The notes: generated by a model not told the origin, from the sequence alone. Positions 1-9,708 are shown, numbered from the stretch's first letter. The stretch is DNA of 64,000 nucleotides from an uncultured Acidobacteriota bacterium (GCA_963700145.1 OY969474.1:3968001-4032000); one strand, 5' to 3'. Numbers and translations are program-made.

Positions 1-97
1 GCGCATGCCTGCCGGGCCGGCAAAGATCCTCCTGCAGGTCGTCGCCAAGCACCCCGAGGCAGTCTGGGACGTCGTAAGACCAAAGCAGACAGCGTGA
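1..97 (+). CDS. 3' end of XRE/HigA(NadS)-like HTH antitoxin (partial, runs off window)
   Basis: Frame 2 reads RMPAGPAKILLQVVAKHPEAVWDVVRPKQTA*, matching the 'R.P.GPA..LL.....HPE' tail of short XRE antitoxins. Confidence 0.7.
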   Translation, partial: RMPAGPAKILLQVVAKHPEAVWDVVRPKQTA

Positions 98-101
98 AAC
101 T

Positions 102-185
102 GTGGAATTCCAGCTCGATGACGCCCTGGAGATTCTGGCGCGGACGCCTGCCGCGCTCGCCGGCCTGCTCGACGGCATCGGCCCG
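102..185 (+). pseudogene. 84-bp orphan 5' fragment of the dinB gene at 2085
   Basis: 77/84 nt identical to 2085-2168; begins exactly at the GTG start; encodes VEFQLDDALEILARTPAALAGLLDGIGP. Confidence 0.9.
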
Positions 186-342
186 TGCGTTATCGGTTCG
201 AGAGCACCGCTGCGCTCCAAGCTATGTGCAGAGATCCGGATACTTCTTCAAGCGTTGACAGCCTCTCCTGCCCACCAATAGACTTCCCAGTAGAAGAAGC
301 GCGAGCTACGCACGGCACTTTTGAGTTCCATCAGGGGGCAAA

Positions 343-759
343 ATGCGTGAAGCCAAGCTCTTTGACTCACATGGTTTCGTCGTCACAACGGAGCGGTTCG
401 TCTACGGCTCCAAGGTCGTGCCACTAGCCGAAATCACAATCGCTATGGCAAACATCATCCGAGGTTGGGCCGCCTTGATCATCGCTGTAATCGGTATAGG
501 ACTGGTTGTATGGGGCGGAGTTCTCTTGAAGATCCTGGGTCTAGGCTTGCTACCCGTAGCCTATCTCGTCTTTATTCGGATGACCGAACGCCTAGTCGTT
601 GTGGCAACTAAAGATGGCAAGTTCATGGAGTTCAAAGTCGAAACAACCGAGCTGCTCGAAAATGTAGTAGGAGCTATCAACAATGCGCTCCGGGACCGGC
701 AGAGAGCCCACGCAGCAAATCTGCGGGCCGAACTCGATAGCCTTCCAAGTGTGAGGTGA
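343..759 (+). CDS. Two-TM membrane protein, DUF6232-like
   Basis: VVTTERFVYGSKVVPLAEIT strand region followed by a hydrophobic hairpin; lower GC. Confidence 0.6.
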   Translation: MREAKLFDSHGFVVTTERFVYGSKVVPLAEITIAMANIIRGWAALIIAVIGIGLVVWGGVLLKILGLGLLPVAYLVFIRMTERLVVVATKDGKFMEFKVETTELLENVVGAINNALRDRQRAHAANLRAELDSLPSVR

Positions 760-792
760 CAGACTATTTACCAAAGTGGATAGGAGATAACC

Positions 793-936
793 ATGGCAAA
801 GGGCAAGAAGTGCCCGCAATGCGGCCATCAGATGTATGCTATATCTGAGGATCATCAGCCAAAAGGAACATGGGTGGTGTACGAATGCCGGAATGGTAGC
901 TGCAAGTTTCAAGAGAAAGTCTTTGAAGGCCGATAA
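793..936 (+). CDS. 47-aa Zn-ribbon protein (not in ORF track)
   Basis: AGGAG RBS at 782-786; MAKGKKCPQCGHQMYAISEDHQPKGTWVVYECRNGSCKFQEKVFEGR* with CxxC...CxxxxC. Confidence 0.75.
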   Translation: MAKGKKCPQCGHQMYAISEDHQPKGTWVVYECRNGSCKFQEKVFEGR

Positions 937-970
937 GGTCGGATAGGCTGATCGGCAAATTGAGGCGCCT

Positions 971-2032
971 ATGGGCAGGGCTGAAGACATCTTTGAGCGG
1001 ATCTCGCTGGAAGGCGAGGCAGCTATAGACGAATTCATCCTGACGCGAAAGTCCGAGGAGCTCTTCCTTGACTTTAAACGATCGGCGGATGAGGGCAGTG
1101 CGGGCCACTTACACCAAAACGACCGCAACAATCTAGGACGAGCTATATCCGGCTTTGCAAACTCCGAAGGCGGTGTAATCGTCTGGGGCGTGGACTGCCG
1201 CCCCGGACCAGGCGGTGCAGATGTTGCTCGATTCAAGTTCCCTTTAGTCGATAGCGCGGCGTTCGCAAGCTGGCTAGAGAGCGCTGTGTCAGGATGTACC
1301 ATGCCAGCCTGCACCGGCGTTCGAAGCATTTCCATAGCAGGGAATGAAGACGCCGGATTCGCCGCCACCTACATTCCAAAGAGTGCCCGCGCTCCTCATC
1401 AGGATCTAGCCAGGGGCGGTTACTATATCCGGGCAGGTTCGGACTTCTTGCCGGCTCCCTATGGTGTGCTTGCCGGTCTATTTGGGAAGCGTCCTGAACC
1501 CTTCGTGTTCCACCAGCTCTACATTGAGAAATCGATCCAGATCTCCTCTCAAGAGTCGGCTGTCGATGCGGTCGTTGGATTTGTTCTCGTCAGTGACGGC
1601 CCGGGAATCGCACGAGATCTCTTCATGAGCTTGGATCTCCTCCATCCTGGCGGAAAATCGTCATTTTTCCTGGAGCACACTCACGAGACCATCTTTGACT
1701 ACTATCACCACTTCGGTATTCACCTGAGCGTGATCAGCAAGGACGGCTTCAAGCTTCCCCCTGGTGGGCGAATCCACGTCCTCACCATTAAGATTCATCT
1801 CGTTCCACCTTTCACAGGCGATGGTCTCTATCTCAACTTAAGCTACGGTTGCTCCGGAGCGCCGACAAGGCAGAGAACACTCACGCGCGAGGCAACCACG
1901 TTAGAGCGGCTTTGCCGAACAATCGGAGGCTTGCCGAGCGAGGAGAGGAATGCGTTTTTCATAAGCGAGTTTCTCGGGGAACTCGGGCCAGGGGAACTCA
2001 CCGAAAGGTCACCGATGGTTGGGGAGAGGTGA
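971..2032 (+). CDS. Schlafen/AlbA_2 domain protein with unknown C-terminal domain
   Basis: E.LFLDFKRS, AISGFANSEGGVIVWGVD, PHQ and YYIRAGSD motifs of AlbA_2. Confidence 0.85.
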   Translation: MGRAEDIFERISLEGEAAIDEFILTRKSEELFLDFKRSADEGSAGHLHQNDRNNLGRAISGFANSEGGVIVWGVDCRPGPGGADVARFKFPLVDSAAFASWLESAVSGCTMPACTGVRSISIAGNEDAGFAATYIPKSARAPHQDLARGGYYIRAGSDFLPAPYGVLAGLFGKRPEPFVFHQLYIEKSIQISSQESAVDAVVGFVLVSDGPGIARDLFMSLDLLHPGGKSSFFLEHTHETIFDYYHHFGIHLSVISKDGFKLPPGGRIHVLTIKIHLVPPFTGDGLYLNLSYGCSGAPTRQRTLTREATTLERLCRTIGGLPSEERNAFFISEFLGELGPGELTERSPMVGER

Positions 2033-2084
2033 TGCAGCGGCTTCCGGTGGGGCCGGGAGTTCTAACCCGGGGATCTGGCTAGCC

Positions 2085-2615
2085 GTGGAATTCCAGCTCG
2101 ATGACGCCCTGGACGTTCTGGCGCGGACGCCCGCCGCGCTTGCGGGGCTGCTCGACGGGATCGGCCCGGGGTGGCAGGGGGCGAACGAGGGGCCGGAGAC
2201 GTGGAGCCCCGTCGACGTCCTGGGGCACCTGATCCACGGCGAGGAGACCGACTGGGTGCCGCGCGCCCGGATCATCCTCGAGCGGGGCGAGGCGCGGCCG
2301 TTCGATCCGTTCGACCGGTGGGCACAATTCACGCGTTTCGAGGGCTGGTCGCTGCCGGCTCTCCTCGCCCGCTTCGCAGAGTTGCGCGGCGAGAACCTGG
2401 CGACGGTCCGCGGCTGGAACCTGACGAGCGAGCAGCTCGACCGCCGCGGCCGCCACCCGGAGCTCGAGATGGTCACGCTGCGCCAGCTCCTCGCCACCTG
2501 GGTGGTGCACGACCTCGATCACGTGGCGCAGATCGCGCGCGTCATGGCCAAGCGCTACGCCGCGGACGTCGGCCCCTGGGAGAAGTACCATTCGATCCTG
2601 CGAGACCGCCGATGA
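2085..2615 (+). CDS. DinB/YfiT-family protein (putative metal-dependent thiol transferase)
   Basis: WSPVDVLGHL, GRHPELEMVTLRQLLATWVVHDLDH metal-binding His pattern. Confidence 0.85.
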   Translation: MEFQLDDALDVLARTPAALAGLLDGIGPGWQGANEGPETWSPVDVLGHLIHGEETDWVPRARIILERGEARPFDPFDRWAQFTRFEGWSLPALLARFAELRGENLATVRGWNLTSEQLDRRGRHPELEMVTLRQLLATWVVHDLDHVAQIARVMAKRYAADVGPWEKYHSILRDRR

Positions 2616-3598
2616 CCGCTTTCCTCGCCACCCTTCCCCTCGCGCTCCTCGCTCTCGGCGCCGCGGCGCCGCAGCCTGCCACCGTCGAGATCCGCGAGTG
2701 GCCGGTGCCGTGGAAAGACACCCGGCCGCGCGACCCGGCCGTCGACCGGCAGGGGCGCGTCTGGTTCGTCGGGCAGCGCGGCGACTACGTCGGCTGGCTC
2801 GATCCGGCGTCCGGGGAGTTCGGGCGCCACGACCTCGAGGCGGGCAGCGGGCCGCACAACGTGATCGTCGGCGCCGACGGCCAGCTCTGGGTGGCGGGCA
2901 ACACCGCCGCCTACATCGGCCGCATGGACCCGAAGACCGGCAAGGTCGTCAAGTACGCGATGCCGGAGGCCGATGCCGGGGACCCGCACACGCTCGTGGC
3001 GGCGGCGGACGGCGACATCTGGTTCACGGTGCAGAGCGGCGGCTACGTCGGCCGCCTCGACCCCGAGAGCGGCGCGGTCCGGCTCGTCAAGGTGCCGACG
3101 CGCGGCGCCCGCCCTTACGGCATCCTCGTCGACCGCAGCGGCCGTGCCTGGTTCAACGAGTTCGGCACTAACGCCGTCGGCGCGGTCGACCCGAAGACGA
3201 TGGCGCTCCGGGAGCACCGGCTGCCCGACGCGGGCGCCCGCGGGCGGCGCATCGCGCTGCCCGGCGACGGCGGCGTCTGGTACGTCGACTACGCGCGCGG
3301 CTTCCTGGCGCGGCTCGATCCCGAGACCGGAAAGGTCCATGAGTGGCAGACGCCCGGCGGCGCCGGGTCGCTCCCCTACGCGATGGCGAGCGACGACCGC
3401 GGCCGCATCTGGCTCGTCGAGACCGGGCCGCAGCCCAACCGCCTGGTCGGCTTCGACCCGAAGCCGCACCGCTTCTTCTCGATCACCGAGATCCCGAGCG
3501 GCGGCAGCAACGTCCGCCACATGGTCTTCGACCCGCGGGAGCGGGCGCTCTGGTTCGGGACCGACAAGAACACCATCGGGCGGGCGCGCCTGCCGTAG
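2612..3598 (+). CDS. Secreted virginiamycin B lyase (Vgb)-like beta-propeller
   Basis: Signal peptide; repeated PH/PY..D..G..WF....G..G.LDP blades; ATGA overlap with dinB stop. Confidence 0.8.
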   Translation: MTAFLATLPLALLALGAAAPQPATVEIREWPVPWKDTRPRDPAVDRQGRVWFVGQRGDYVGWLDPASGEFGRHDLEAGSGPHNVIVGADGQLWVAGNTAAYIGRMDPKTGKVVKYAMPEADAGDPHTLVAAADGDIWFTVQSGGYVGRLDPESGAVRLVKVPTRGARPYGILVDRSGRAWFNEFGTNAVGAVDPKTMALREHRLPDAGARGRRIALPGDGGVWYVDYARGFLARLDPETGKVHEWQTPGGAGSLPYAMASDDRGRIWLVETGPQPNRLVGFDPKPHRFFSITEIPSGGSNVRHMVFDPRERALWFGTDKNTIGRARLP

Positions 3599-3607
3599 GC
3601 GGCGCGG

Positions 3608-4123
3608 CTAGGGGTGAGGAGCGCCGCCGATCGCGGCGAGGAAACCCTCGGGGTCGTCGGGGGTGACGACCAGCCGCCGCTCGGGCAGCTCGACGAGGAC
3701 GGCGTGGGCGAGGTCGGAGGCGTAGAGATCGAGCTCGCCCAGGAGGTGGGACTCGAAGCCGCCGCTGCCGGCGGTGACGCCGCCGGAGGTGGCCAGCCGC
3801 TCGAGGTGGGCGGTCTCCTCCGCGTCGAGGCGGCGGGCGGCGGCGCCGGCGACGGGGAAGCGCTCGCGGCGGCGGCGCATCTGGATCGCCAGACGGTCGT
3901 CCTCCAGCTCCAGCCAGAGGGGGTCGAGGTCGCCGCTCATCCGCCAGGCGGTCCACGCGGCCAAACCGACGAGGAGGGCGAGGACGCCGTTGCCAATCCG
4001 GCCGAGCGCGAGGGTGGCGGCGCCGACGCCCGCCATCAGCAGCGCCAGCCCGACGAGCAGCCGGCGCAGCCGCCGCCGCCCGCGGGCGATCGCCCCGCCC
4101 GCCGTGCAAAGGAAGCGCGTCAC
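3608..4123 (-). CDS. Membrane protein with bacterial PH-like domain
   Basis: Two TM helices then ELDLYASDLAHAVLVELPERRLVVTPDDPEGFLAAI; start approximate. Confidence 0.6.
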   Translation of the reverse strand: MTRFLCTAGGAIARGRRRLRRLLVGLALLMAGVGAATLALGRIGNGVLALLVGLAAWTAWRMSGDLDPLWLELEDDRLAIQMRRRRERFPVAGAAARRLDAEETAHLERLATSGGVTAGSGGFESHLLGELDLYASDLAHAVLVELPERRLVVTPDDPEGFLAAIGGAPHP

Positions 4124-4130
4124 CGGCCGG

Positions 4131-5045
4131 TCAGCCGCGCCTAGCTCGCGGATGGGCCTCGCGGTAGACATCGAGGAGGTGCTGGACCTCGAGGTGGGTG
4201 TACTTCTGGGTGGTCGAGAGCGAGCTGTGGCCGAGCAGCTCCTGGATCGCGCGCAGGTCGGCCCCCGCCTCCAGCAGGTGGGTGGCGAAGGTGTGGCGCA
4301 GGGTGTGGGGGTGGACGCCGGCGGCCACGCCCGCCGCCGCCGCCCAGCGGTCGAGGACGCGGCGCACCGAGCGGTCGGGGAGCCGGCCCCCACGGGAGCT
4401 CAAAAAGACCGGCTCGCCCGGCAGGTCCGGGGCCCGCAGCCCTTCCCAGACCTGCAGCCAGGCGCGCAGCGCCTCGGCCGCCGGCCGGCCGAAGGGGACC
4501 ATCCGCTCCTTCCCGCCCTTGCCGGTGACGCGTAGCACCCGGCCGCCGAGGTCGACGTCGGGCCAGTCGAGCCCCACCAGCTCGCCCACCCGTAGGCCGG
4601 TGGCGTAGAGCAGCTCGACGATCGCCCGGTCGCGCAGGACGAGCGGCTCGCCGCCCGCCGGCGCCTCGATCAGGTTCTCGACCTCGCCGGGGCGGAGATG
4701 GCGCGGCAGAGTGTGGGGGTGCTTCGGCGTGCGCACGCCGCTGGCCGGGTTGGCGCCGAGGGTCCCCTCGCGGCAGGCGAAGCGGAAGAGGCTGCGGATC
4801 GCCGCCAGCGCCCGCCCCTGGCTGCGCCGCCCGAGGCCGCGCCGGGTCTCGGCGGCGAGGAAGGAGCGGACGGCGAGGGCGTCGACCTCCTGGGGCTGGA
4901 TCGTCTCCGGCGCGCGGGCGAGGAAGTCGCGAGCGAGGAAGTCGAGGAAGCGGAGGAGGTCCCCTTCGTAGGCGCGCAGGGTGTGGCGCGAGAGGCCGCG
5001 CTCCTGCCCCAAGTGCTCGAGGAAGCGATGGATCAGCCGACGCAC
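4131..5045 (-). CDS. xerC: Tyrosine recombinase XerC
   Basis: LLYATGLRVGEL, GKGGKER, HPHTLRHTFATHLLEAGADLRAIQELLGHSSLSTTQKYTH; follows trmFO. Confidence 0.9.
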   Translation of the reverse strand: MRRLIHRFLEHLGQERGLSRHTLRAYEGDLLRFLDFLARDFLARAPETIQPQEVDALAVRSFLAAETRRGLGRRSQGRALAAIRSLFRFACREGTLGANPASGVRTPKHPHTLPRHLRPGEVENLIEAPAGGEPLVLRDRAIVELLYATGLRVGELVGLDWPDVDLGGRVLRVTGKGGKERMVPFGRPAAEALRAWLQVWEGLRAPDLPGEPVFLSSRGGRLPDRSVRRVLDRWAAAAGVAAGVHPHTLRHTFATHLLEAGADLRAIQELLGHSSLSTTQKYTHLEVQHLLDVYREAHPRARRG

Positions 5046-6367
5046 GCCGCTTCCGCCCACACCCCTTGCCGCACCGCCCAGGCGAGGAGGTCCCCGCGCG
5101 CCCGCTCGGCGTAGGCCGCCCGCCGGTCGCCGCGGCGCGGCGCGTTGGGCAGCTCGGCGAAGAGGCCGTAGTTGACGTTGGCGGGCTGGAAGCGCCGGGG
5201 GTCGGACTCGGTCAGGTGGCGGGCGAGGGCGCCGAGCGCGGTCGTCGGCGGGAAGGGCTCGGGGGCGCGGCCGCCCGCGCGCTCGAGCGCCAGGTAGAGC
5301 CCGACCGCCAGCCCGGTGGCCGCCGATTCCAGGTACCCCTCGACGCCGGTGATCTGCCCGGCCAGGCGCACGCTCGGCGCGGTCTTGACCCGGTAGTGCG
5401 CGTCGAGGTGGGTGGGGGCGTTGATGAAGGTGTTGCGGTGGATCTGCCCGAGGCGCACGAAGCGGGCGCCCTCGAGCCCCGGGATCAGCCGCAGCACCCG
5501 CTCCTGGTCCCCCCAGCGCATGCGCGACTGGAAGCCCACCAGGTTGAACTGGCTCTTGGCCAGGTCCTCGCGCCGGAGCTGGACGACCGCCCACGGGCGG
5601 CGCCCGTCCGGGTCCCGGAGGCCGACGGGCTTCATCGGCCCATAGCGCAGGGTGTCGACGCCGCGGCGCGCCAGCTCCTCGATCGGGAGACACCCCTCGA
5701 AAAAGAGCGCCTTCTCGAAGTCGTGGAGGGGGAGGACTTCGGCCTCCATCACGGCGGCGTGGAAGGCGAGGTACTGCTCGCGGTCGAGCGGGGCGTTGAG
5801 GTAGTCGGCCCCTTCGCCCTTGTCGTAGCGCGACTGCCAGAAGAGCCGGCTCTCGTCGAGGCTCTCGCCGTCCACGATGGGGGCGATGGCGTCGTAGAAG
5901 TAGAGGTAGTCGCTGCCGAGGAGGGCCTGGAGGGCGGCGGCCATCGGCTCGGAGGTGAGGGGGCCGGTGGCGAGGACGACGTCGCCCTCGGGGATCGCCG
6001 TGACCTCCTCGCGCCGGATCGTCACCCGCGGGTGCGTCTCGAGGGCGCCGGTGACGAGGCGGGCGAAGCGGTCGCGATCGACGGCGAGGGCGCTCCCGGC
6101 CGGGACCGCCGCCGTCCGCGCGCTGGCGATGACCAGCGAGCCGAGCTGCTCCATCTCGCGCTTGAGCAGGCCGGCGGCGTGGAGCGGGTCGTCGCTGCGC
6201 AGCGAGTTGCTGCACACCAGCTCGGCGAGGTCGCCGGTCTTGTGCGCCGGGGTGCCCTTGACCGGCCGCATCTCGTGGAGCACCACGTCCACCCCCCGCT
6301 CGGCGAGCTGCCAGGCGCACTCCGCGCCGGCGAAGCCGCCGCCCACGATCTCGACCGGTGAGGGCAT
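5033..6367 (-). CDS. trmFO: Folate/FAD-dependent tRNA m5U54 methyltransferase
   Basis: GGGFAGAECAWQLA, AELVCSNSLRS, YFYDAIAPIV, AGQITGVEGYLESAA. Confidence 0.95.
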   Translation of the reverse strand: MPSPVEIVGGGFAGAECAWQLAERGVDVVLHEMRPVKGTPAHKTGDLAELVCSNSLRSDDPLHAAGLLKREMEQLGSLVIASARTAAVPAGSALAVDRDRFARLVTGALETHPRVTIRREEVTAIPEGDVVLATGPLTSEPMAAALQALLGSDYLYFYDAIAPIVDGESLDESRLFWQSRYDKGEGADYLNAPLDREQYLAFHAAVMEAEVLPLHDFEKALFFEGCLPIEELARRGVDTLRYGPMKPVGLRDPDGRRPWAVVQLRREDLAKSQFNLVGFQSRMRWGDQERVLRLIPGLEGARFVRLGQIHRNTFINAPTHLDAHYRVKTAPSVRLAGQITGVEGYLESAATGLAVGLYLALERAGGRAPEPFPPTTALGALARHLTESDPRRFQPANVNYGLFAELPNAPRRGDRRAAYAERARGDLLAWAVRQGVWAEAACVG

Positions 6368-6380
6368 CGGAGCGATTATA
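6365..6380 (-). promoter_or_regulatory. -10 box of probable leaderless trmFO transcript
   Basis: TATAAT-7 nt-ATG with no SD. Confidence 0.6.
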
Positions 6381-6385
6381 GGGAC

Positions 6386-8104
6386 ATGAACGAGCCCGCC
6401 CGCCGCGCCCGCGCCGCTTCCCCCGCCCTCCTCCTCTGCGCCGCTCTCTTCGCCGCCTGCACCTCGACGCGCCCGCCGGAGGCCGCGCCGGAACGGCCGC
6501 CGGTGGCGGCGCCGGCCGCGCCGGCCGCGGCCGAGGCGCGTACCGCGATCCTCCTGGCGGTCAACGACGTCTACCGGATCGAGGGAGTCGAAGGGGGCGC
6601 GGTGGGGGGGCTGGCGCGGCTGCGCACTCTGCGCGAGGAGCTGGAGCGCGAGCGGCCCGACCTCCTCGTGCTCCACGCCGGCGACCTCCTCTTCCCGTCG
6701 CTGCTGTCGCGGGTCTACGCCGGCGAGCAGATGATCGACGTGATGAACCGCCTCGACGGCGACCCGGCCGCCTTCGACCCGCGGCTCTTCGCCGTCTTCG
6801 GCAACCACGAGTTCGACCGCGGCAAGGCGGCCGACGCGGCGATGCTCGACGAGCGGGTCGAGGAGTCGCAGTTCACCTGGGTGTCGAGCAACGTCGTCTT
6901 CGGCGGCGGGACGGAGCCGGCCGCGCCGGCGGTCGCCGCACCGAACCTGCGCTCCTCGGCCCTGGTCGAGAGCGGCGGTCTCAAGGTCGGCATCTTCGGC
7001 CTGACCATCGACTCGGCGAAGCCCGCCTACGTCGACCGCTTCCTCGAGCCGCTGGAGACCGCGCGCGCCGCGACCGCCGAGCTGCGCGCCGCCGGCGCCG
7101 AGGTCGTCGTCGCCCTCACCCACCTCGACTGGCGCGACGACGAGAAGATCCTCCAGACGCTCGGTGACGCCGGCCCGGACCTGGTCGTCGGCGGCCACGA
7201 CCACGAGCGGATGACCAAGTGGGTCGGCGGCCGCCTCCTCGCCAAGGCCGACGCCGACGCCCGCACCGCTTCGATCGCCCGCCTCACCCGCCACGCCGAC
7301 GGGCGCCTCTCCGTGGCGCAGGAGTTCCGCGCCCTCGACGAGCAGCACGCGCCCTCCGACCCGGAGGTGGACGCCGTCGTCACCGCATGGCTCGCGCGTC
7401 ACGAGCAGAAGGTTTGCGGCGACCTCCAGCTCCCCACGGGCTGCCTGGAGGAGGTGCTGGGGCGCACCCGCACCGACCTGGTGGGCGAGGAGACGGCGGT
7501 GCGCCGCGAGGAGACCTCGCTCGGCAACTTCGTCACCGACCAGATGGTCGCGGCGCTGGCCTCCTGCGGCGCGCAGGCGGCCTTCGTCAACTCCGGCACG
7601 CTGCGCCTCAACCAGGACCTGGCGGCCGGCTCCGAGATCACCCGCCGGTACCTCGAGGAGCTGTTCGGCTTCCCGACGCCGCTGCGGCTCATCCGCCTCG
7701 ACGGCGCCACCCTGGCGCAGGTGACGCAGCGCGCAATCGCCGGCTGGCCGGGGAAAGGGTCCTGGCTGCAGATCGCGGGCTTCGCTTTCGTCCACGACCC
7801 GGAGGCGGAGACGACCTCGCGGCTCACCCGCCTTGCCCCCGAGGGGGCGCGCCCGCTGCGGCCGGAGGAGGAGCTGCTCGTCGTGACCACCGACTTCCTG
7901 CTCGACCCGAGCAGCGGCCAGGACGGCTACACGATGCTCAAGCAGGAGATGGTGGTGCCCTGCGCCGCCGCCGGCGTCGACCTCAAGAAGGTGGTCGGGG
8001 AGGCGCTGGCCGCCGCCGAGCCGGAAGGGATCGCGCCGCGCGTCGAGGGACGGATCTGCCGCGCGCCGGTGACTGGCCCCTGCCTGGCAGTTCCGGCTCC
8101 CTAG
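6386..8104 (+). CDS. Bifunctional metallophosphatase/5'-nucleotidase lipoprotein
   Basis: Lipobox FAAC; NDVY, AGD, GNHEFD, GGHDH, ETSLGNFVTD, NSGTLR motifs. Confidence 0.85.
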   Translation: MNEPARRARAASPALLLCAALFAACTSTRPPEAAPERPPVAAPAAPAAAEARTAILLAVNDVYRIEGVEGGAVGGLARLRTLREELERERPDLLVLHAGDLLFPSLLSRVYAGEQMIDVMNRLDGDPAAFDPRLFAVFGNHEFDRGKAADAAMLDERVEESQFTWVSSNVVFGGGTEPAAPAVAAPNLRSSALVESGGLKVGIFGLTIDSAKPAYVDRFLEPLETARAATAELRAAGAEVVVALTHLDWRDDEKILQTLGDAGPDLVVGGHDHERMTKWVGGRLLAKADADARTASIARLTRHADGRLSVAQEFRALDEQHAPSDPEVDAVVTAWLARHEQKVCGDLQLPTGCLEEVLGRTRTDLVGEETAVRREETSLGNFVTDQMVAALASCGAQAAFVNSGTLRLNQDLAAGSEITRRYLEELFGFPTPLRLIRLDGATLAQVTQRAIAGWPGKGSWLQIAGFAFVHDPEAETTSRLTRLAPEGARPLRPEEELLVVTTDFLLDPSSGQDGYTMLKQEMVVPCAAAGVDLKKVVGEALAAAEPEGIAPRVEGRICRAPVTGPCLAVPAP

Positions 8105-8112
8105 CGAGGGCG

Positions 8113-8151
8113 CTCCCTCCCCCGCGCAGCGGGGGAGGGCCAGGGAGGGGG
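8113..8151. repeat. REP-like palindrome between convergent genes
   Basis: CCCTCCCCCGC-gca-GCGGGGGAGGG hairpin followed by GGGAGGGG. Confidence 0.6.
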
Positions 8152-8207
8152 TATCGAAGTCAATTGCCTTCGCGGGTGGGTGGGCAGAGGCAAGCCCTGA
8201 CGCACTC

Positions 8208-9083
8208 TTAAATTGTCGGCAGGAGGGGATCCCCGAGCGCGTCGTCCGGCCGCGTGAAGGCATCCGGCTCGGGAGTCACGAGCTCGAAGTTCGAGAACTT
8301 CACCGTCCCGTGCGGCTCGCCCTGCACGTCACCGTCCTTCCAGCCGTAGACGGTGAGCGTCGAGGGCAGGGTCACCCCGTCCACCGTCACCCAGTCGGAG
8401 AAGACGATGGCGCGCGGGTCGCGCTCGGCGTCGGCCAGCGACTTGCCATAGGCGTCGATAAAGGCCATCGCCGCCAGCCGGTTCGTCTCCGGGTCGCGGT
8501 AGGCGATCATCCAGTTGTCCGGCGTGTCCCCCGCCCCTTCGAGGAAGGTGAGGCGGGCCGCCGAGTAGGTCTTTCCCGCCAGCTCGCGCTCCCCCAGGTC
8601 CTCGAAACGCACGCCGGGATCGCGCAGCTTGAAGGGGGCGGCGAGGAAGTACGGCCAGGCGCGCAGGTGGTAGCGGGCGCGCTGGAAGTTGGAGGTCGAC
8701 GGCGACACCCAGGCGTCCTTGCCGTCGAAGACCAGGAGGGTGCCGTCCGAGAAGTCGTAGCGCGCGGCGGAGGAGTCGGTGCGGAAGAGCAGGGTCCCCT
8801 GGTTGCGCACCTTGCCGCCGAAGGTGGCGACCATGTCCGCGCTGAGCGCGCTCTTGGCGTTCCAGGCGTCCAGCCCGTGGGCCTGCTCGACCGGGGTGGC
8901 GAACTGCTGCGAGAAGGGATCGCTCGGCCGCGGCGGCGGCTCGGGGGCGGCGGCTTCCTGGGGCCCCTCGGCCCGCCGGCAGCCGGCCGCGAGGGTCAGG
9001 GCGAGCGGCGCGAGGAGGAGCAGGGCGAGCCCGCGGCGCTCCCGGCGGCAGGGGCGGAGGGCGGGCGGATTGGAAATGAGCAT
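8208..9083 (-). CDS. Lipoprotein, DUF6503/LolA-like fold
   Basis: Lipobox AAGC; AHGLDAW, YFLAAPFKLRDPGV, GDTPDNW motifs. Confidence 0.6.
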   Translation of the reverse strand: MLISNPPALRPCRRERRGLALLLLAPLALTLAAGCRRAEGPQEAAAPEPPPRPSDPFSQQFATPVEQAHGLDAWNAKSALSADMVATFGGKVRNQGTLLFRTDSSAARYDFSDGTLLVFDGKDAWVSPSTSNFQRARYHLRAWPYFLAAPFKLRDPGVRFEDLGERELAGKTYSAARLTFLEGAGDTPDNWMIAYRDPETNRLAAMAFIDAYGKSLADAERDPRAIVFSDWVTVDGVTLPSTLTVYGWKDGDVQGEPHGTVKFSNFELVTPEPDAFTRPDDALGDPLLPTI

Positions 9084-9230
9084 GTCCAAGGGTCTCCTCT
9101 CGAAACGGCGCGAAACGATATCAGAGGGGCGTACGGAGGCGCCCTCGGGGCCGTCGCGGCGAGGGCGCCTGGCTCCGGCTGGCACCCATGCTGCACGTGC
9201 TAAGCTCGTCCGGCTTCCGAGGAGGACTCG

Positions 9231-9617
9231 ATGCGCACTTTCCGCCTCGCCTCCATTGTTCTCACCGCCGCCCTGCCGCTCCTCGCCGCCTGTTCGTCGG
9301 AGCCCAAACCCCTGCAGGTGACCTACTACTACGAGCCCGGCTGCGAGGCCTGCAACAGCGTCAAGCCCGACGTCCAGGCCCTCGAGCAGGAGTTCCCCGG
9401 CCGCGTCGAGGTCGCGCTCGTCAGCGCCGAGGAGGACGCGGCGCGCGAGGACGTCCGCCGGCTGGAGTTCCGCAGCCAGGGCCTGGTCGTGCGCGACTTC
9501 CGCGGCGCCGTGCTGATCAAGCAGGCCGATCACAACGTCAACCTGGAGGAGGTCCGCGCCACGCTGCAGCAGGCCCTGGGCGAGAGCGCCGCCGAGGACG
9601 CCGAAGGCGCCGGCTAG
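9231..9617 (+). CDS. Thioredoxin-like lipoprotein
   Basis: GAGGAGG RBS; lipobox LAAC; CEAC redox motif. Confidence 0.7.
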   Translation: MRTFRLASIVLTAALPLLAACSSEPKPLQVTYYYEPGCEACNSVKPDVQALEQEFPGRVEVALVSAEEDAAREDVRRLEFRSQGLVVRDFRGAVLIKQADHNVNLEEVRATLQQALGESAAEDAEGAG

Positions 9618-9708
9618 CCCGGTCCGTCCCCTTTCCCGCGCCCCCGACGCGGCGTAGCGCCCTTCCGCCCGGAAGGGCCGCCGGGGGAGCGGGCGTTACA
9701 CTGCCTTG

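Noticed and set aside
2059-2075. TTCTAACCCGGGG as an attC after the AlbA_2 gene
   Set aside because: Only an inverse-core-like half with no complementary arm or R'; at most a remnant
4131-5045. xerC as the integrase responsible for the islands
   Set aside because: Housekeeping XerC in a trmFO-xerC context with host-like composition; lacks the IntI tail
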